DNA from: Azolla caroliniana
Taxonomy: Eukaryota > Plantae > Polypodiophyta
NCBI GenBank assembly: GCA_043228905.1
Contig: JBHGNT010000002.1
Location: 28,024,001-28,088,000, forward strand
Direction: 5' to 3'
DNA: 64,000 nucleotides
Part shown: piece by piece, positions 51,801 to 64,000 of the stretch
How positions within the stretch are numbered: position 1 is the stretch's first letter
Layout: each line of letters begins with the position of its first letter
Translations under genes and position numbers: made by a program
The notes under the pieces: model-generated
The model's input: the letters and a program-made list of their open reading frames with translations, nothing else
Databases searched by the model: none
What the model was told of the DNA's origin: nothing

Positions 51801-53596
51801 GAAACAGTTGAGGCAGTGCCGAATACAGCTTACAGAGTAAGTGGGAAGAGAGGAGACATGGTTGATGAGAGCTTTGGGTTTGATGTAGAACCGGATGAAG
51901 AAGGGAAAAAGCCATCAAATAAGGCGCAAACATCTACATTTGATAGGAATATATTTGTTAATGTAGCAGATAATTGCCATGAATCATCTTCGCAGAGTGA
52001 AAAAGCTCTGGATAATTTAAGCTCAGATTTATTGTCTTCTGGAGTGGTTGGGCATCAGATGCACGAGCCAGAATATGGCTGGATGCCTGCAATACCTGAA
52101 GAACCTGAGGAAGAAGAAGGTGATGCGATGGCAGCTGATCCAGTTGTTAATGTAACAACATCGCAAGGAATCACGTCGTTACCATATATTGCCAAACAAC
52201 CTTCCTTCACTCATCCAAAGGCACTTGAGAATCCTCTACAGATCAACATGGAGATCGATGCGTCACCTTCAGGTGATAGAAATTGTGTAATTGGTGGTAA
52301 GTCCTCAGAAGGAAATGACAGTCTTTTATTTACCAAAAGTTCCGATGTTAATATGGAATCAAAGAAGTGTGATGGGGACGAACCAACTGTTGTGACTGCT
52401 GCTTCTCGGCGAACACGGATAGAAAACATATTTTTTCTCTGTGGGAATCATAGAGAGCTTGCTGCCCAAAAGCAACAGAGTGAACCTATACAAGGAAGTA
52501 CTCCAGAACGAAATGGGCAGGTAGAAGAAGAGGCCTCAACAGACTATTCATCCGTGCAAGATAAACTCACTGAAAAAGCTATGCGAGATATCAGTCCCGC
52601 CCATAAGCTCCTCTCGAAAATGAAGCATACTGCATATGACCATGTAGAACCTTCACCCTCGGAAACAACACATGAAGGTAGCATGGAAGCTTCAGACCTT
52701 GATGTTGACAAATGTGAAGTTCATGTGAAGTGGGAAACATCAAAGGACTCATGCGGAAAGTTGATTGACACCATTGGAATGATGCGCAATGCGACACTGA
52801 GAGAGCTCAGAAGAGAGGTAGAGCAGCGTCTTTCAGAGGAAGTGAAACATGATTTCATCTTCCTCATGCTTGGAGTAAGTCAGAAGACTTTCTTCTCTGT
52901 TAAGTGTCAAGTCTCGATGAAAGGGAGGGCTGGGCTCATGGTCTAGTTTGAAAGGGAGGGCTTGTTCAGAGTTTTGCATGTCCATTTATGTGTGTAGCAT
53001 GTTGTATGCATCTCCATGTCCCTATGTAGCATGTAGAATCTCCATGTTTATATGTTGCATGTCGTATGTCATGTTATGTTTGTGTGTAGCATGTAGTGTA
53101 TCTATTTAAGTGTGCAGTTATGTCCTTGTATGTATGTAGCAACCATAAAGCACATATCCGTATGTATTAGCTGTACATGCATGTACGTGCAACAATCAAT
53201 GGCGTGTATGTATCAATATGATCTATTTTGTATGTCTACTGTCTCAATATGATCTATCAATTGTAGGATCCAAGTGGCTCACCAGTGGCGAGGGAGGATG
53301 AAATGCAATTGCTGGTGACAGCATTGCCTGATTGCCACCGACAGAAGGGAAGCAAGCTAGCATGTTTGAGGCCGCAGTTAAAGCCAAGTACTGCTACTTT
53401 ACTCACTCCATTGTGCTCGAAGGAGAATCAAATGAATTGGAATAACAGTGCCATTCCGTTTCATCATGTATCTCCCCACAGCACGAGTCTTCTCAAACCT
53501 AGCGATCGGCTTGTGGTTGATTCTAGCCAGAAATCAAGCAGTACTCAGAGGCATGTTTTCCCAATCGTATCCCCGGCGAAGGGACTTCGGTTGTGA
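48845..53596 (+). CDS. KIN10A: Kinesin, PAKRP2/KINID1-like (KIN10A), about 996 aa
   Basis: Exons 48845-49525, 50064-50219, 50867-50971, 51072-51182, 51267-52874 and 53267-53596, all phase 0 and GT-AG. P-loop KCTIMMYGPTGAGKSHTMFG, switch I NERSSRSH, switch II LVDMAGSEN, INQGNIALKRVVE, PFRDSKLTMLLQDSF, MILCASPDPK; then coiled coil and a C-terminal VHVKWE domain. Confidence 0.95.
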
Positions 53597-54387
53597 TCAA
53601 ACCTGATTTGGTGATGCTTTTCCTTGGCTGTCTGGTTTCTGTGATAATGGAAAGATGACCCTAATGGATTCATTTCTTCTCCTTTGTGGGCTGTGTGGCA
53701 GTACCTCTCAATTTCCATCAATTCAAAATTTATACATGAAGTATAATGATTTGGCAGGAAGGAGGAGTACTGTAGCATCCATTCAAGAGATAGATGCCAT
53801 GGATGATGTAAGCGATCGGTGCAGTGTATGCAATGCCAAATAGATGATGCCATGGACATTGCTCATGTTTGGCTCATCATCTAAGCTAGGCAATGGGGAA
53901 AAGAAGGCCAAGAAAGATTAGGGTTCCTGATATTTAATGCCATTCTATTACTGACAGAAGACTTGATTTGTTATTGACACAAGACACCATTGATATATAT
54001 TGATAGGAAATCTCAAATATATGCCCATAGACATAGATGATGCAACAATTGATGTGATTTTGTGTCATGGAGTTGCCAACATAAATGCCATGTCACAGAT
54101 GAGAAAAAGACAAAGTTCTGTTCCAACTTTATATGCATATGTATGGTATGGACATTATTTTATACCAACAAGTTTATGATATGCCCAGTGCTTTGAATAT
54201 TCTAGAAATATCAAAGTAATGGACAATCATTAGCATGTTTGGTACACAAGATATCTCAATGCAATTTGTTTATGCACACAATGGAAGTATTCTGTTTGCG
54301 ATAGTGTATGGCCATGCAAAATAAGAGGCTTATGAGATTTTCATGGGTTAGTCATAAATGACAACCATGCAACACTTATCAAGTCGC

Positions 54388-54550
54388 ATTTATTTTGGTT
54401 GGACTAGCCTGCAATGAACCCTCCTTCAGCCTAGTGACAAAAAGAAGGCATTCGTGTTTCGTGTCTAACAATTTGATTAACAACGTCGGAATGTTTTTAT
54501 TTTGGTTGGACTAGCCTACAATGAACTCTTTAGCCTAGTGACAAAAAGGA
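54388..54550. repeat. Direct duplication, period ~107 bp
   Basis: tttattttggttggactagcct.caatgaac...agcctagtgacaaaaag occurs twice. Confidence 0.8.
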
Positions 54551-55329
54551 GACATTCAAAGGTTTGGGAAGGAGTCTTACAATTTGAATAATAATGTTGG
54601 AACTTTGCCACCATTTTTGGCATAGTGTCTTCTAGTTGCTCTCTTGACCTTTGTTGATTCACTTTGTGTGCATTTGCTTAGGTTTGGCATTCTATGGAGA
54701 CTATTTACAACACTTGCATTTATTATTGTAGTACCATTGAAGATGAGTACACATTAGTTGCATTCTCACACCTTTGTGTTGCATGCCTAATTCCAACAAA
54801 TACATATTCTCACACCTTTGGGTATTAGGGCTCCAAGTTTGGTTGTCATTGCCTCATGCCAAAGATCTTGTGGTGTCTAACAAGTGGTCACTAATTAGAA
54901 ATTACATATATTTGCAATATGTTAGTGCAAACCGAGTTCCACCGATGGTGGGAGCCAACAAGAGGGCCAAAAAGTTGTAATACTAAACAATCCAAAACTA
55001 CCATAATTTCATACGTCCAGTAGTGGGAAATCCAAGATTGACTTACTTACCTCAAAAAGGGTGTTTAAAGATTCATAGATTTGATGGATCTAATTTCTCT
55101 CTATGTAGATTTAGATTTCAAAGGTACAACATTGCCTAAATCTAGAGAAGTCCAAGTGCACCAAATGCCATACTTTCATACAAAAATATATGTGGTGCCC
55201 TTCTTCATAAGATCCGTCAAAGTGGTTGTTTGCACAAGGTGAAGTCTTAGGCTAAGTACCTAGACTTCAACACAAAGGACTCTAGGGTAAGTATCTAGGG
55301 AAAAGTTAGAGTAAACACTTCGGGCATAA

Positions 55330-55443
55330 AGTGGATTCTCTACAAAGGTTAATTTGAGAATTACATACTCCCAACAAGTTTGTTTTAGGTGCGGATTGTC
55401 TACGAATGTCAATATGAGAATTGCACACTCCCAACAAGTTTGA
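55330..55443. repeat. 60-bp tandem duplication
   Basis: ggatt.tctac...aat.tgagaatt.ca.actcccaacaagtttg occurs twice. Confidence 0.8.
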
Positions 55444-55974
55444 TGTTGACGGGTATAGGAGAGCCTTCTTGTAATAGAGCAGCAATGTAGAGCCAAATGG
55501 GATCGATTCGTAAAGAATTAGTTAGACATGGGAACTAGAACCCTTATATCGAAGGATAAGAGGGCTTTACCATGTACGGATGTATACTGAATTCCAAAGC
55601 ACAATACAAACATATATACACTCGCGCATTCATCGCTCCTTATATAATACAATCCTTCATTCTTATACTTTTGTGAATTATCCATTGAACCTATCTCATT
55701 TGTAACTGTTTTAATCTAGTTTTACATATCTTGATTCACTTATTTTCTTTCCATTTGACGTTTTTTATTTGTTTATAATATTATTACTTTTCAACTTTTT
55801 TTTTCAAAATATTAATCAATATGTTTTCTTATTTAAATTGACTGTTGGTCTACTTTAGTTAGCGTCTCTTTAATTTTACTATTTATTTAATCCATTTGTA
55901 TGCCTACTATTTGATTAATTATTCAAAATGATTTCTTTCTTTTTAGCTGTCGATTTAGTTCCATTTCGGCTAAA

Positions 55975-56205
55975 CATAGTAGGACTTGAAAGTGACTTTT
56001 CCCCCATAGTAGGACTTGAAAGTGACTTTTCTATTGTCACTATGCTTGTTGAGAAGTACCAGAAATTTGGGGGGCAAAATAACCAAAATGTTGAGGACTA
56101 CCAGAAATTTGGGGGGCAAAATAGCCAAATTGTTGAGAACGACCAGAAAATTGAGGGGCAAAATAGCCAAGATGTTGAGAACTACTAGAAATTTGGGGGG
56201 CAAAA
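55975..56205. repeat. 30-bp-period duplication followed by a 42-bp minisatellite (about 4 copies)
   Basis: catagtaggacttgaaagtgactttt twice, then tgttgagaa.tacc agaaatttggggggcaaaata.ccaa repeated. Confidence 0.92.
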
Positions 56206-56505
56206 TGGAGGGGACAACTATGTGTTGAGCTACGAAGTGAGAGCTATGAGAGAGCTATCAAAATGTTTTTTTTTGGGTGAGGGAGGGGGAGGAGCCAAGC
56301 TATATCAGAGAATGTTTTTCTGTTGGGGGAGGGGAACGAAAATGGGTTTGGGGGGGCCAAAATGGGGGAAGAGATTTTTTTTCTTTGTGGGGGGAAGGGG
56401 GCCAAAATGGGGGGGCAAATAGCCCATTCCTTTCTTTATTGCTTTGAATGATTTATTATTATTATTATTACATACATACATACATACATACATTATATGT
56501 ACATA

Positions 56506-56921
56506 CCGACGTGTCTATTATGACACAAATCATAAAGAGGGATGGTGAGGGAATCACGGCCACAGACGGTGCAGGTTGCTCAGAGAAGGCGCGTGCAATC
56601 TGCATCGTCGAATTTCGATAAGGAAGAACGCGCGAAAAGAAAAGTTGTGCAGAGGTCGCCCAACCTTGTCAGAGGTCGCCCAACCGTTGGGTGACCAGTT
56701 TAAGCAGGTTGCCCAACTGCTTTAGGGCTTATATTGAGTTGGTCACCTCTGACAACTTAGAGTTGGGCGACCTCTGACAACTTTTTTTTTCGCGCGTTCT
56801 TCCTTATCGAAATCTGACGGTGCAGATCGCACGCGCGTTCCTCTAAGCGACCTACACCGTCTGTGGCCGCGATTCCCTCACCAGCCCTCTTTATGATTTG
56901 ATGCAGAATAGACACGAGCTG
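56506..56921. mobile_element. Fold-back MITE with ~160-bp+ inverted arms, TA-flanked (Tc1/mariner/Stowaway-like), inserted in a (TACA)n tract
   Basis: The left arm cgtgtctatt...aaatcataaagaggg.tggtgagggaatc.cggccacagacggtg...tttcgataaggaagaacgcgcgaaaa...ttgt.cagaggtcgcccaac is the reverse complement of 56762-56916. TA at 56504-56505 and 56922-56923. Confidence 0.88.
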
Positions 56922-57115
56922 TACATACATATAATGCTTGCCATACATATATATACATAGCAAATACCCATACATACATACAAATATGTATGTATGAACA
57001 TACATTGCTTACCATCTATCCATCCATCCACACATATATATCAATATGTATACATACATCAGGCAGACGCGAAAGTCTGACACCATCTTCTTTCTCAGAG
57101 ACGAAGCAAAGACCA

Positions 57116-57167
<52 letters not shown>

Positions 57168-57173
57168 GCACAT

Positions 57174-60100
57174 ATGGTGGTAGACACAGAGTATTACGAG
57201 ATCATCGGCGTCCTGCCGGAAGCCACATCCGCAGAGATTAAGAAAGCTTACTATGTCAAGGTCGATTTTAGGGATTCTGCCGATCAAATTTCTATTTATT
57301 TTCTTTGTTGCTGTCGAGCGTTTTACCAAAGTGATCAGAAATTAGGTTTTCTGATCACCGGTTTCATATATTATCCTGCCTATTTAGCGGACGTCTTTAC
57401 GCACTATCATTCCTAGTGTATTTGAGACTAAGCATATTAGAGGCGTTGTGGTTTTCAGGCCCTTAATTATACATCTTGACACTTGACTTACTAAATTATA
57501 CACCTTAAAGTTTAAAGTTTTATAGTTTATTATTAGTATTTAACATATTATGTGGGCATGTTTTCTGAATTTCTATTGCATCTAGGCCAAAAAAGTACAT
57601 CCCGACAAGAACCCTGATGATCCTCAAGCTGCATTCAACTTTCAGGTTAGTTTTCACTTAAAATTTCATCAGATAATTAACAGGTATATATATATATATA
57701 AAGATGACTGTGCATGTCGAGTTTCTGTTCGGAGCCTTTTTGGAGTTTCTAGACATAATTTTGCTCTATTTGGGGCACAGGAGGGAGTGCTCCTCCTACC
57801 TTTGCTGTCCTGTTCTAGACATGTTCACTTTGCTTGCTTCCAATTCCACTTATGGCTTTTGGTGCTGAGGGTGGAAGTAGTTTATGTCTAGCCTTTGTAT
57901 GACATCCACTGTGTAGCAGTAATTTGTGTGTTCCAATGTGTGAGGAACCTGATAGCTCTTCATCTCAGCTGAATTGACCACATCCCCTTGATGATAGAAG
58001 CATTATTACTTACAGTGAACTTCATCATTGATCCAAACTATGCTGTCTCCAATTATTACATGCAAAGCATTTGAAGCAACGAAGCAAATAGTGATAACAG
58101 AACAGGGAAGATTATGGTACTCCCATGTGATGAAGTGGTTCATTGTTAATTGGCCGTATATCGAGAACACTCTTTTGCGATGCTACACCTCTCCAGAAGA
58201 TGAACAGAACAAGGTATTCTGGGAAGACCTACATCAACTCTCTGACCAAACGACTTGGAATACACCAAGGGAGTCCCTTTCCATAAAGATGAACTACTAC
58301 AAAGTTCCAAGGTAACTAGACTACTGCATGCTCCATCGTTCTTGTAAAGCAATAGGTCAACTTTAAGTTCCCTCCCGTCAACTATACATCAAAGCAAGCC
58401 TAACATTTCACTTTCCTAGAGCTGATAAACTTTGCAACTTATGGGAGGAGAGGTTGAGAGCGAGGAATATGCTGTTTGTAGGTGGTCAACATGCTGGGGA
58501 GAAGAAGTATGTTACACTCTTCATATAGAGTTCACCACCATTTGACAGATAATGGAGAAGGCTGACCCACTTCGTGTTGGCCAAGACTTTCTTGAGCTTC
58601 AGAAGCGTAGGGAATCAACCCTTATATTAGTACATATATAACAGCTCCACTAACAATGTGTTGAGAAGTTATCATCGAGTGAGTAGAGGAATGCGAGCGC
58701 AAAGACTATTGGGATGCAAGGCACATGGGGCATACCAACATGAGATCATGGATATAATTGTTCCCCATGTTTGATCTGCCCAAGGAAACCTAGGTGCAAT
58801 CAATGAACTTCAAAGCTCCTCTCCTCTGCACCAATTGACATTGAATGTCATGTCCATTGACAACCATTCATGCAATACATAGTAGTCATGCACTTAATGC
58901 TTGTAGAACCATTTCAAGAATCATAAAAAATTGTAAAGCTTCCTTATGTATTGGGATCTTCACCATAGATCTTTAGGAAGCCTTGTCTCTACTTTTGCAG
59001 GGATGTTTGCATTTACATCACGGTGGAGTGTCCCGAGTAGTTTCTGCATGGCAGAAATTTGTCAAAGTCGGCTGCGTAGGTGGATCTATAATTTCGATAT
59101 CTCCCATAGAGACCTTCCTATGTCTCCTTATGTTTAGAGCAGCGAACGGGCCATATTTGATCAATGTATTCCGTCCCTCTGTGGAAAATCCAAATTCTTC
59201 ATTAAAGAGACAATGATAACTTCCTTGGGTAACAGTTAGTAAGTTTATTTACTCAAAACCAGAAGGTGATGCATATTTAATGGCATCTAGTAATTCAGTG
59301 CAATTATGAGATTTGAAACCATGTGAATGGGCTATAAGAATAATGGGTTACCACTACGGTACAACCCTAATACAGAAAGAAAACGAGGTGCGCACATTAG
59401 TTTTCTAGTTCTGTATCTGTCACACATATGTTTCCTGGATTCTTGATTTGACACTTGTCACATGGTCTACTATGCGCGCTGCTTTAAAGGTAATTGTTTC
59501 ATCTCAATCATTTTTGGCCCGGAAAGCAGCAGATTTCATTCCCAGTATTGTCTTCTAATACATTATATTTGTAATTTGCTGACAGAAACTAGGAGAAGCA
59601 TACCAAGTTTTGATTGACCCTGAGAAGCGTGACAAGTATGACAAATATGGAAAGTCGAAAATATCTGAGTAAGCTGTTGTAACTATTGTTATGATAAAAT
59701 GCTCTTTCCAACATATATTGGATGGGGACACTTTTTCCTTTTTGCTACAATAACGTGAAATTTAAGCAGAAATATTTATTGTAGATATCATGTTTGCATA
59801 TTACAGTGAAACGATGCTGGATCCAGCAGCTGTATTTGCAATGTTTTTTGGGAGTGAGATGTTTGAAGAATATATTGGTGAACTAGCAATGGCATCTTTT
59901 GCATCACTGGATTTTCAAGATCGAGTGCAAGCAAGAGAACGTATCAAGGTTAGGAATGTAAATTACTTCAGTAGGAAGTTTCATTAAATTGATTGTGTAT
60001 TAATGGGGATTTCACTTCAATGCATAAGTGTGCTGTGGATGGATCTATGTGCTGTGTTTATTTTTCAGGAATTGCAAGAAACTAGAGTAGAAAAACTTGT

Positions 60101-63100
60101 ACAAAATTTGAAGGAAAAGCTAGACTTTTATGCTGATAAGGAGAAAGATAAAGCTAAAACTGGAGATAGCTTTGCTGAATTTAAGGAATGGGCGAGAAAT
60201 GAGGCGGAACGTCTCTCAGATGCAGGTGTGCTATAATATTGTTATTAAAACGGCCATTTTAATCAAAGGGCATTCTAGTGCTACCTAATTCTTAGAGATG
60301 TAAATACTGTTTTTCCATGTCAAGCAATTAACTGTAAATTACGTGTAACTTGAACTGTTCATCTCATTTGATCATGCGAAGATAAAGAAAGGCTCTGCAT
60401 TTATGACAAGAGATGTAAATACTGTTTTCCCATGTCAAGCAATTAACTGTAAATTACGTGTAACTTGTACTGTTCATCTCATTTGATCATGGAAAGATAA
60501 GGAAAGGCTCTGCATTTATGACATGTATCCAATTGTGGTGCATTCAGATTTGATAATTTTTTTGGCATAAATGCTATGCTATGTTTCCTGTAGGTGTTTG
60601 ATAAAAAGGATGAAGACAACTGCAAAACAACTATAAATAGATTCTATATGCTCTGTATTGGGCATAGAATATATTTAATATTTTTCATCATTGATTTTCC
60701 AGGACCTCACCTGAAAATAGGCTTGTTATATTGCTGAATTTTATGTACAGGAGGTGCTAATTTCATATGTTTTTGATTAAAATGTAAAACTTATTTCTGG
60801 GACTTCCATATACCTTCATAGCCAGAACAAGGAACCAGGACGAAAAACAATGTTCTGCAAATTAAAACACTGCAACCATGACTGTCCATAAAAGAGAATA
60901 TTGCAGGATTGCTTTCCAAATCTAGTTTTATTTGTTGGAACAATCTCCATTTCTGTTCATTCACTTGTATCACATTCATTCTGGATTGTACGAGATTTGA
61001 TGGTATTATAATTCAAGATTGTTTTCGTAATTTTTTCCGTTCAGTTTCTTGTGATTTGTCTTATTTTACATCGTTGTTTTCAATGATGCTGACCTGTCCT
61101 TTGTGGAAATAATCAGACTCTTTCTAGATCTGAAATCAAGTGTGACCTTTGCAGTTTCCCTTTTAAGGTAGAACCTGTAATTATAGCTATATGCTTATTG
61201 TCAGATCAGCTCTGAGGAGTTTTCACGCTCCATATAGATCACATTTACTGTGATAGTCTAGTGTTGAGACTCATAAGATTGTTTTCTTTCTTTAAAGATG
61301 GTAATATGGTGTTCCTTTCTTGTTCTCGTAGCCACATTAATATGACTACCTAGGATCAGCCAAGTGAGAGAGCCATTGCGGAAGTGGAGTAGCACCAGAG
61401 GATCAAAAGTATTTCAAACGCTTAGCACCAGTATCAAAAGGCCCTGGTTGCTGTATACAGAAAGTCTCCATGTCCATGTAAATGATGTGATGATGGATGT
61501 CTCAGCCATCCATCTATCTTGGATATATCCCAATTTCTGTGATGTGTCCTGACCTTGCATTTATAATTTCCTCAACCTTGTGATCCATGTTAATTCCTTC
61601 AATTCAGAGTTCATTTTAGTGTGATAGATATGGAAGGTGAGTGTTTGAATCCTATACACTATCAGATTATGGCCTACATAAATAGGCCTATGAGGTCACA
61701 TGAAAACATGTTTGAACTTTGCTACCTTAGTTAAACTTATCTAGACCTGCCTAATCTGTTGAAGAGGATCAATGTATTCCATCAGCAAATACAGGCAGTG
61801 TGATTCACTGAAAACTTATCCATAAGCATACCACCCATATTTGCTTCATTAGAGCCATTTTCAGTTACAACTTGCACAACGTTACCAAGTACTTCATCAA
61901 TGATGATTTGCCAGAGATGGCTCCAGTAACAATTGGGCTAAGATTGGAGGCAGAAGTCTAATATTTCTACTTTAATTCTTCATATGTGATCAAATTGGTG
62001 TCTTTTCTATATTTTTAATTCGTTTTCCCTCTGTGGTTGTAAAGAATTTTATTTGTTTAAAATGCATTCTGATGGCTTTTCTTTTCTCTACAGCGTTTGG
62101 GGGTGCAATGTTGCATACAATAGGTTACATATACAAACGACAAGGTGCTAAAGAGCTTGGGAAGAATATTCGTTTAATGGGTGTGCCTTTTGTTGCTGAG
62201 TGGTTCAGGAATAAAGGACATTTGATCAAATCACAAATTGAAGCAGCAAGTGGTAAGGTGTAATTCACAAAACTCAGTAAGAGATTGATGAAATGAGGAT
62301 AACACGGTGAGCTTATCAAAGTTCCACCTGACTTTGAATGAGCTACAGTTTTCTACAGTTGAGCACATTGCATTGTCTTCTTGATATGCTTAATCCCATA
62401 GTGAATCTAGCAACACCTTCATCACATTCGAATAGGAACTTCTTTCACATCTCAAAGAGCCCCAACATTACTTAGTCCTGTATGATGTTTCATTGGAACA
62501 ACACTTTTCTAATACACAAGGATTGATGAGCATCCTAGAATGGCTGAATTAAATTTTATTTTATTCTTTATTTGAAGTTAATCCATTGCATGAATTCTCC
62601 AGTGATCCAACCCAAACCATGTCCATAAAGGTTTTTCTTTTTTTTGAAATGATATGTGAATTATTGGTTAATCTTTCTCTAAGAGAGCACCACTTTGGGC
62701 AAAAAAAAAGGAAGGTATAAAACCTTTTGGATGGATTATCATGGTAGATTGGTAAACCTTTGGGATTTAAAATATTAATTTGGGTGTGAAGGTTATTGAA
62801 TTTGCACTGAAGATAGTTTGTTATAATCAGGGGCTATTAGTTTGATGCAACTGCAAGAGAATATGAAGGCCAAGTTGCAAAGTCTTGGTGAAGCTGATGA
62901 TGCCGAGTTAATGAAGTACCTTGACGAGAATAAAGAAGCCATGATAAATTCCTTCTGGAAAATAAATGTGATCGATATAGAAATGACACTTACTCGTGTT
63001 TGCGTAAAGGTACTTCAAAAAACTTAGTGATTAACATAGAATTCTAGAATTCACATTTAGTTAAGGGTGCATCTTTATTTTATTCTTTCAAATTATGTTC

Positions 63101-64000
63101 TCTTTTTCTTAGTTTGGGTTCATAATTACACGAAATGGTTTCTCGTTTCTAGAACTCTTACCTGCTGAACTTTCTCGCCAAAGCTTTCTCGCCAAAGCTT
63201 CTCCTTTACTATCCTGAAAATGAAAAACACCAAGTTTTTAGGTTGGGCATGCTCATGATACACCTTTCAACTTTTTGGCCTGAAGTAATGTCACATATAT
63301 ATCTACATTTAGACATGCTACGTGATCATTTATGCTCGTTAGATAATTGACCATTTATAACAGCATGCGAAGATGGTTCTAAGTTGTGTCAGTCACTGGT
63401 TTTTAGAGTCTTGACTCTTTGTAATATTCTACCTTACCTAATAACTACATGTACACATAGTATTCATGGACATACCTAGCCAAGTACGAAATACATATCT
63501 ATGTGTGCTTTTTGTATTGTAGTATATATGCATACAAAATGTAGTAATTAAGGGTTATGTAATTTAGCAAAATGACTGTCTCATTCTGCAATGAGCATAT
63601 CAAAGTAGTGAGACATCTCTGTAGCTTCTCCTTGGTTTACTTATTACATTGGTTAATTATTCCCAATTACACAATTAAGATAGATCTGTTAAATACATTT
63701 TTAAGATGAGATGACTCTTACCTGTTGCTCATTGGCCTCAGGCTGTGTATTTCCATGCTATAAATATGACTTTATTTCTTTGTAGGTGTTATCAGAAGTA
63801 GGTGAGCCAAAGGAGAAGATAAAGATGAGAGCCAAATTATTAAAAAAGCTAGGAACTATTTTTGAGGTGATGCAATGAAGGACTTATATTTTCATGCTTA
63901 ATGATTGCAATAAACAAAGTTCTCAGACTAAATGAATCACAGTACAACAATGTCTTCTTTAATCAAACAGGGTGTCAAAGATCCAAAAGGTGGACATCAA
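57174..64000 (+). CDS. DnaJ chaperone with DnaJ-X domain (Arabidopsis dnaJ 10-like); 3' end beyond the window
   Basis: Exons 57174-57260, 57586-57645, 59586-59668, 59807-59948, 60069-60225, 62094-62252, 62831-63009, 63786-63866 and 63971 onward, GT-AG and phase-compatible. [13 protein letters not shown]...[20 protein letters not shown] (HPD motif), [63 protein letters not shown]. Confidence 0.95.
57900..59220 (+). mobile_element. Degenerate L1-type LINE ORF2 remnant in DnaJ intron 2
   Basis: In order: QGRLW...LLRCYTSP....KVFWEDL (endonuclease-like, cf. N.YAP....FW..L), [15 protein letters not shown] (cf. KFF....K.RR..N.I), YWD...L...F....PSSF..AEIC, and [10 protein letters not shown] (cf. 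RQG.PLSPYLF). Shortened and frameshifted. Confidence 0.5.
60294..60523. repeat. Near-perfect ~116-bp tandem duplication in DnaJ intron 5
   Basis: agagatgtaaatactgtttt...gaaaggctctgcatttatgaca occurs twice. Confidence 0.93.

Noticed and set aside
1-53596. Functional cytoskeleton/ubiquitin gene cluster (MIT-coiled coil, KLCR, UBTD, kinesin)
   Set aside because: The genes are unrelated, in mixed orientation and separated by TE debris. Nothing in the sequence shows co-regulation, so the adjacency is probably coincidental.
55928-56228. Repeat-protein ORFs (VEDYQKFGGQN...)
   Set aside because: Open in several frames only because the 42-bp unit is a multiple of 3. No splice or family support.

Overview
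AT-rich (roughly one-third GC by eye), intron-containing land-plant nuclear DNA. Gene families, divergence and compact spacing suggest a seed-free plant such as a fern, but that is inference only. By splicing exons by hand I support seven protein-coding loci: (1) a very large minus-strand protein of unknown function, probably ending near or beyond the left edge, with an N-terminal AMSH/USP8-type MIT-like domain, a poly-proline tract, a long disordered region and a long coiled coil; (2) a KLCR/CMU-type TPR protein with a duplicated leader exon and a degenerate last exon; (3) a SWOLLEN1/G2484-1-like Agenet/Tudor protein; (4) a small MGC-acylated UBTD/DC-UbP ubiquitin-binding protein; (5) a twin-CX9C DUF3128/EMI1-like gene whose last exon has a premature stop plus a frameshift; (6) a PAKRP2/KINID1-like (KIN10A) kinesin; (7) a DnaJ + DnaJ-X chaperone running off the right edge. 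Genes 4 and 5 are essentially missed by the ORF track. Between the genes are two hAT-type MITEs with perfect 8-bp target-site duplications, a fold-back TA-flanked MITE just upstream of the DnaJ gene, tRNA/SINE-like Pol III heads, degenerate LINE, hAT and Harbinger remnants, many local tandem duplications and microsatellites. There is no CRISPR, rRNA or intact tRNA. The best novelty candidate is gene 1. Family assignments come from recalled motifs, not database searches.
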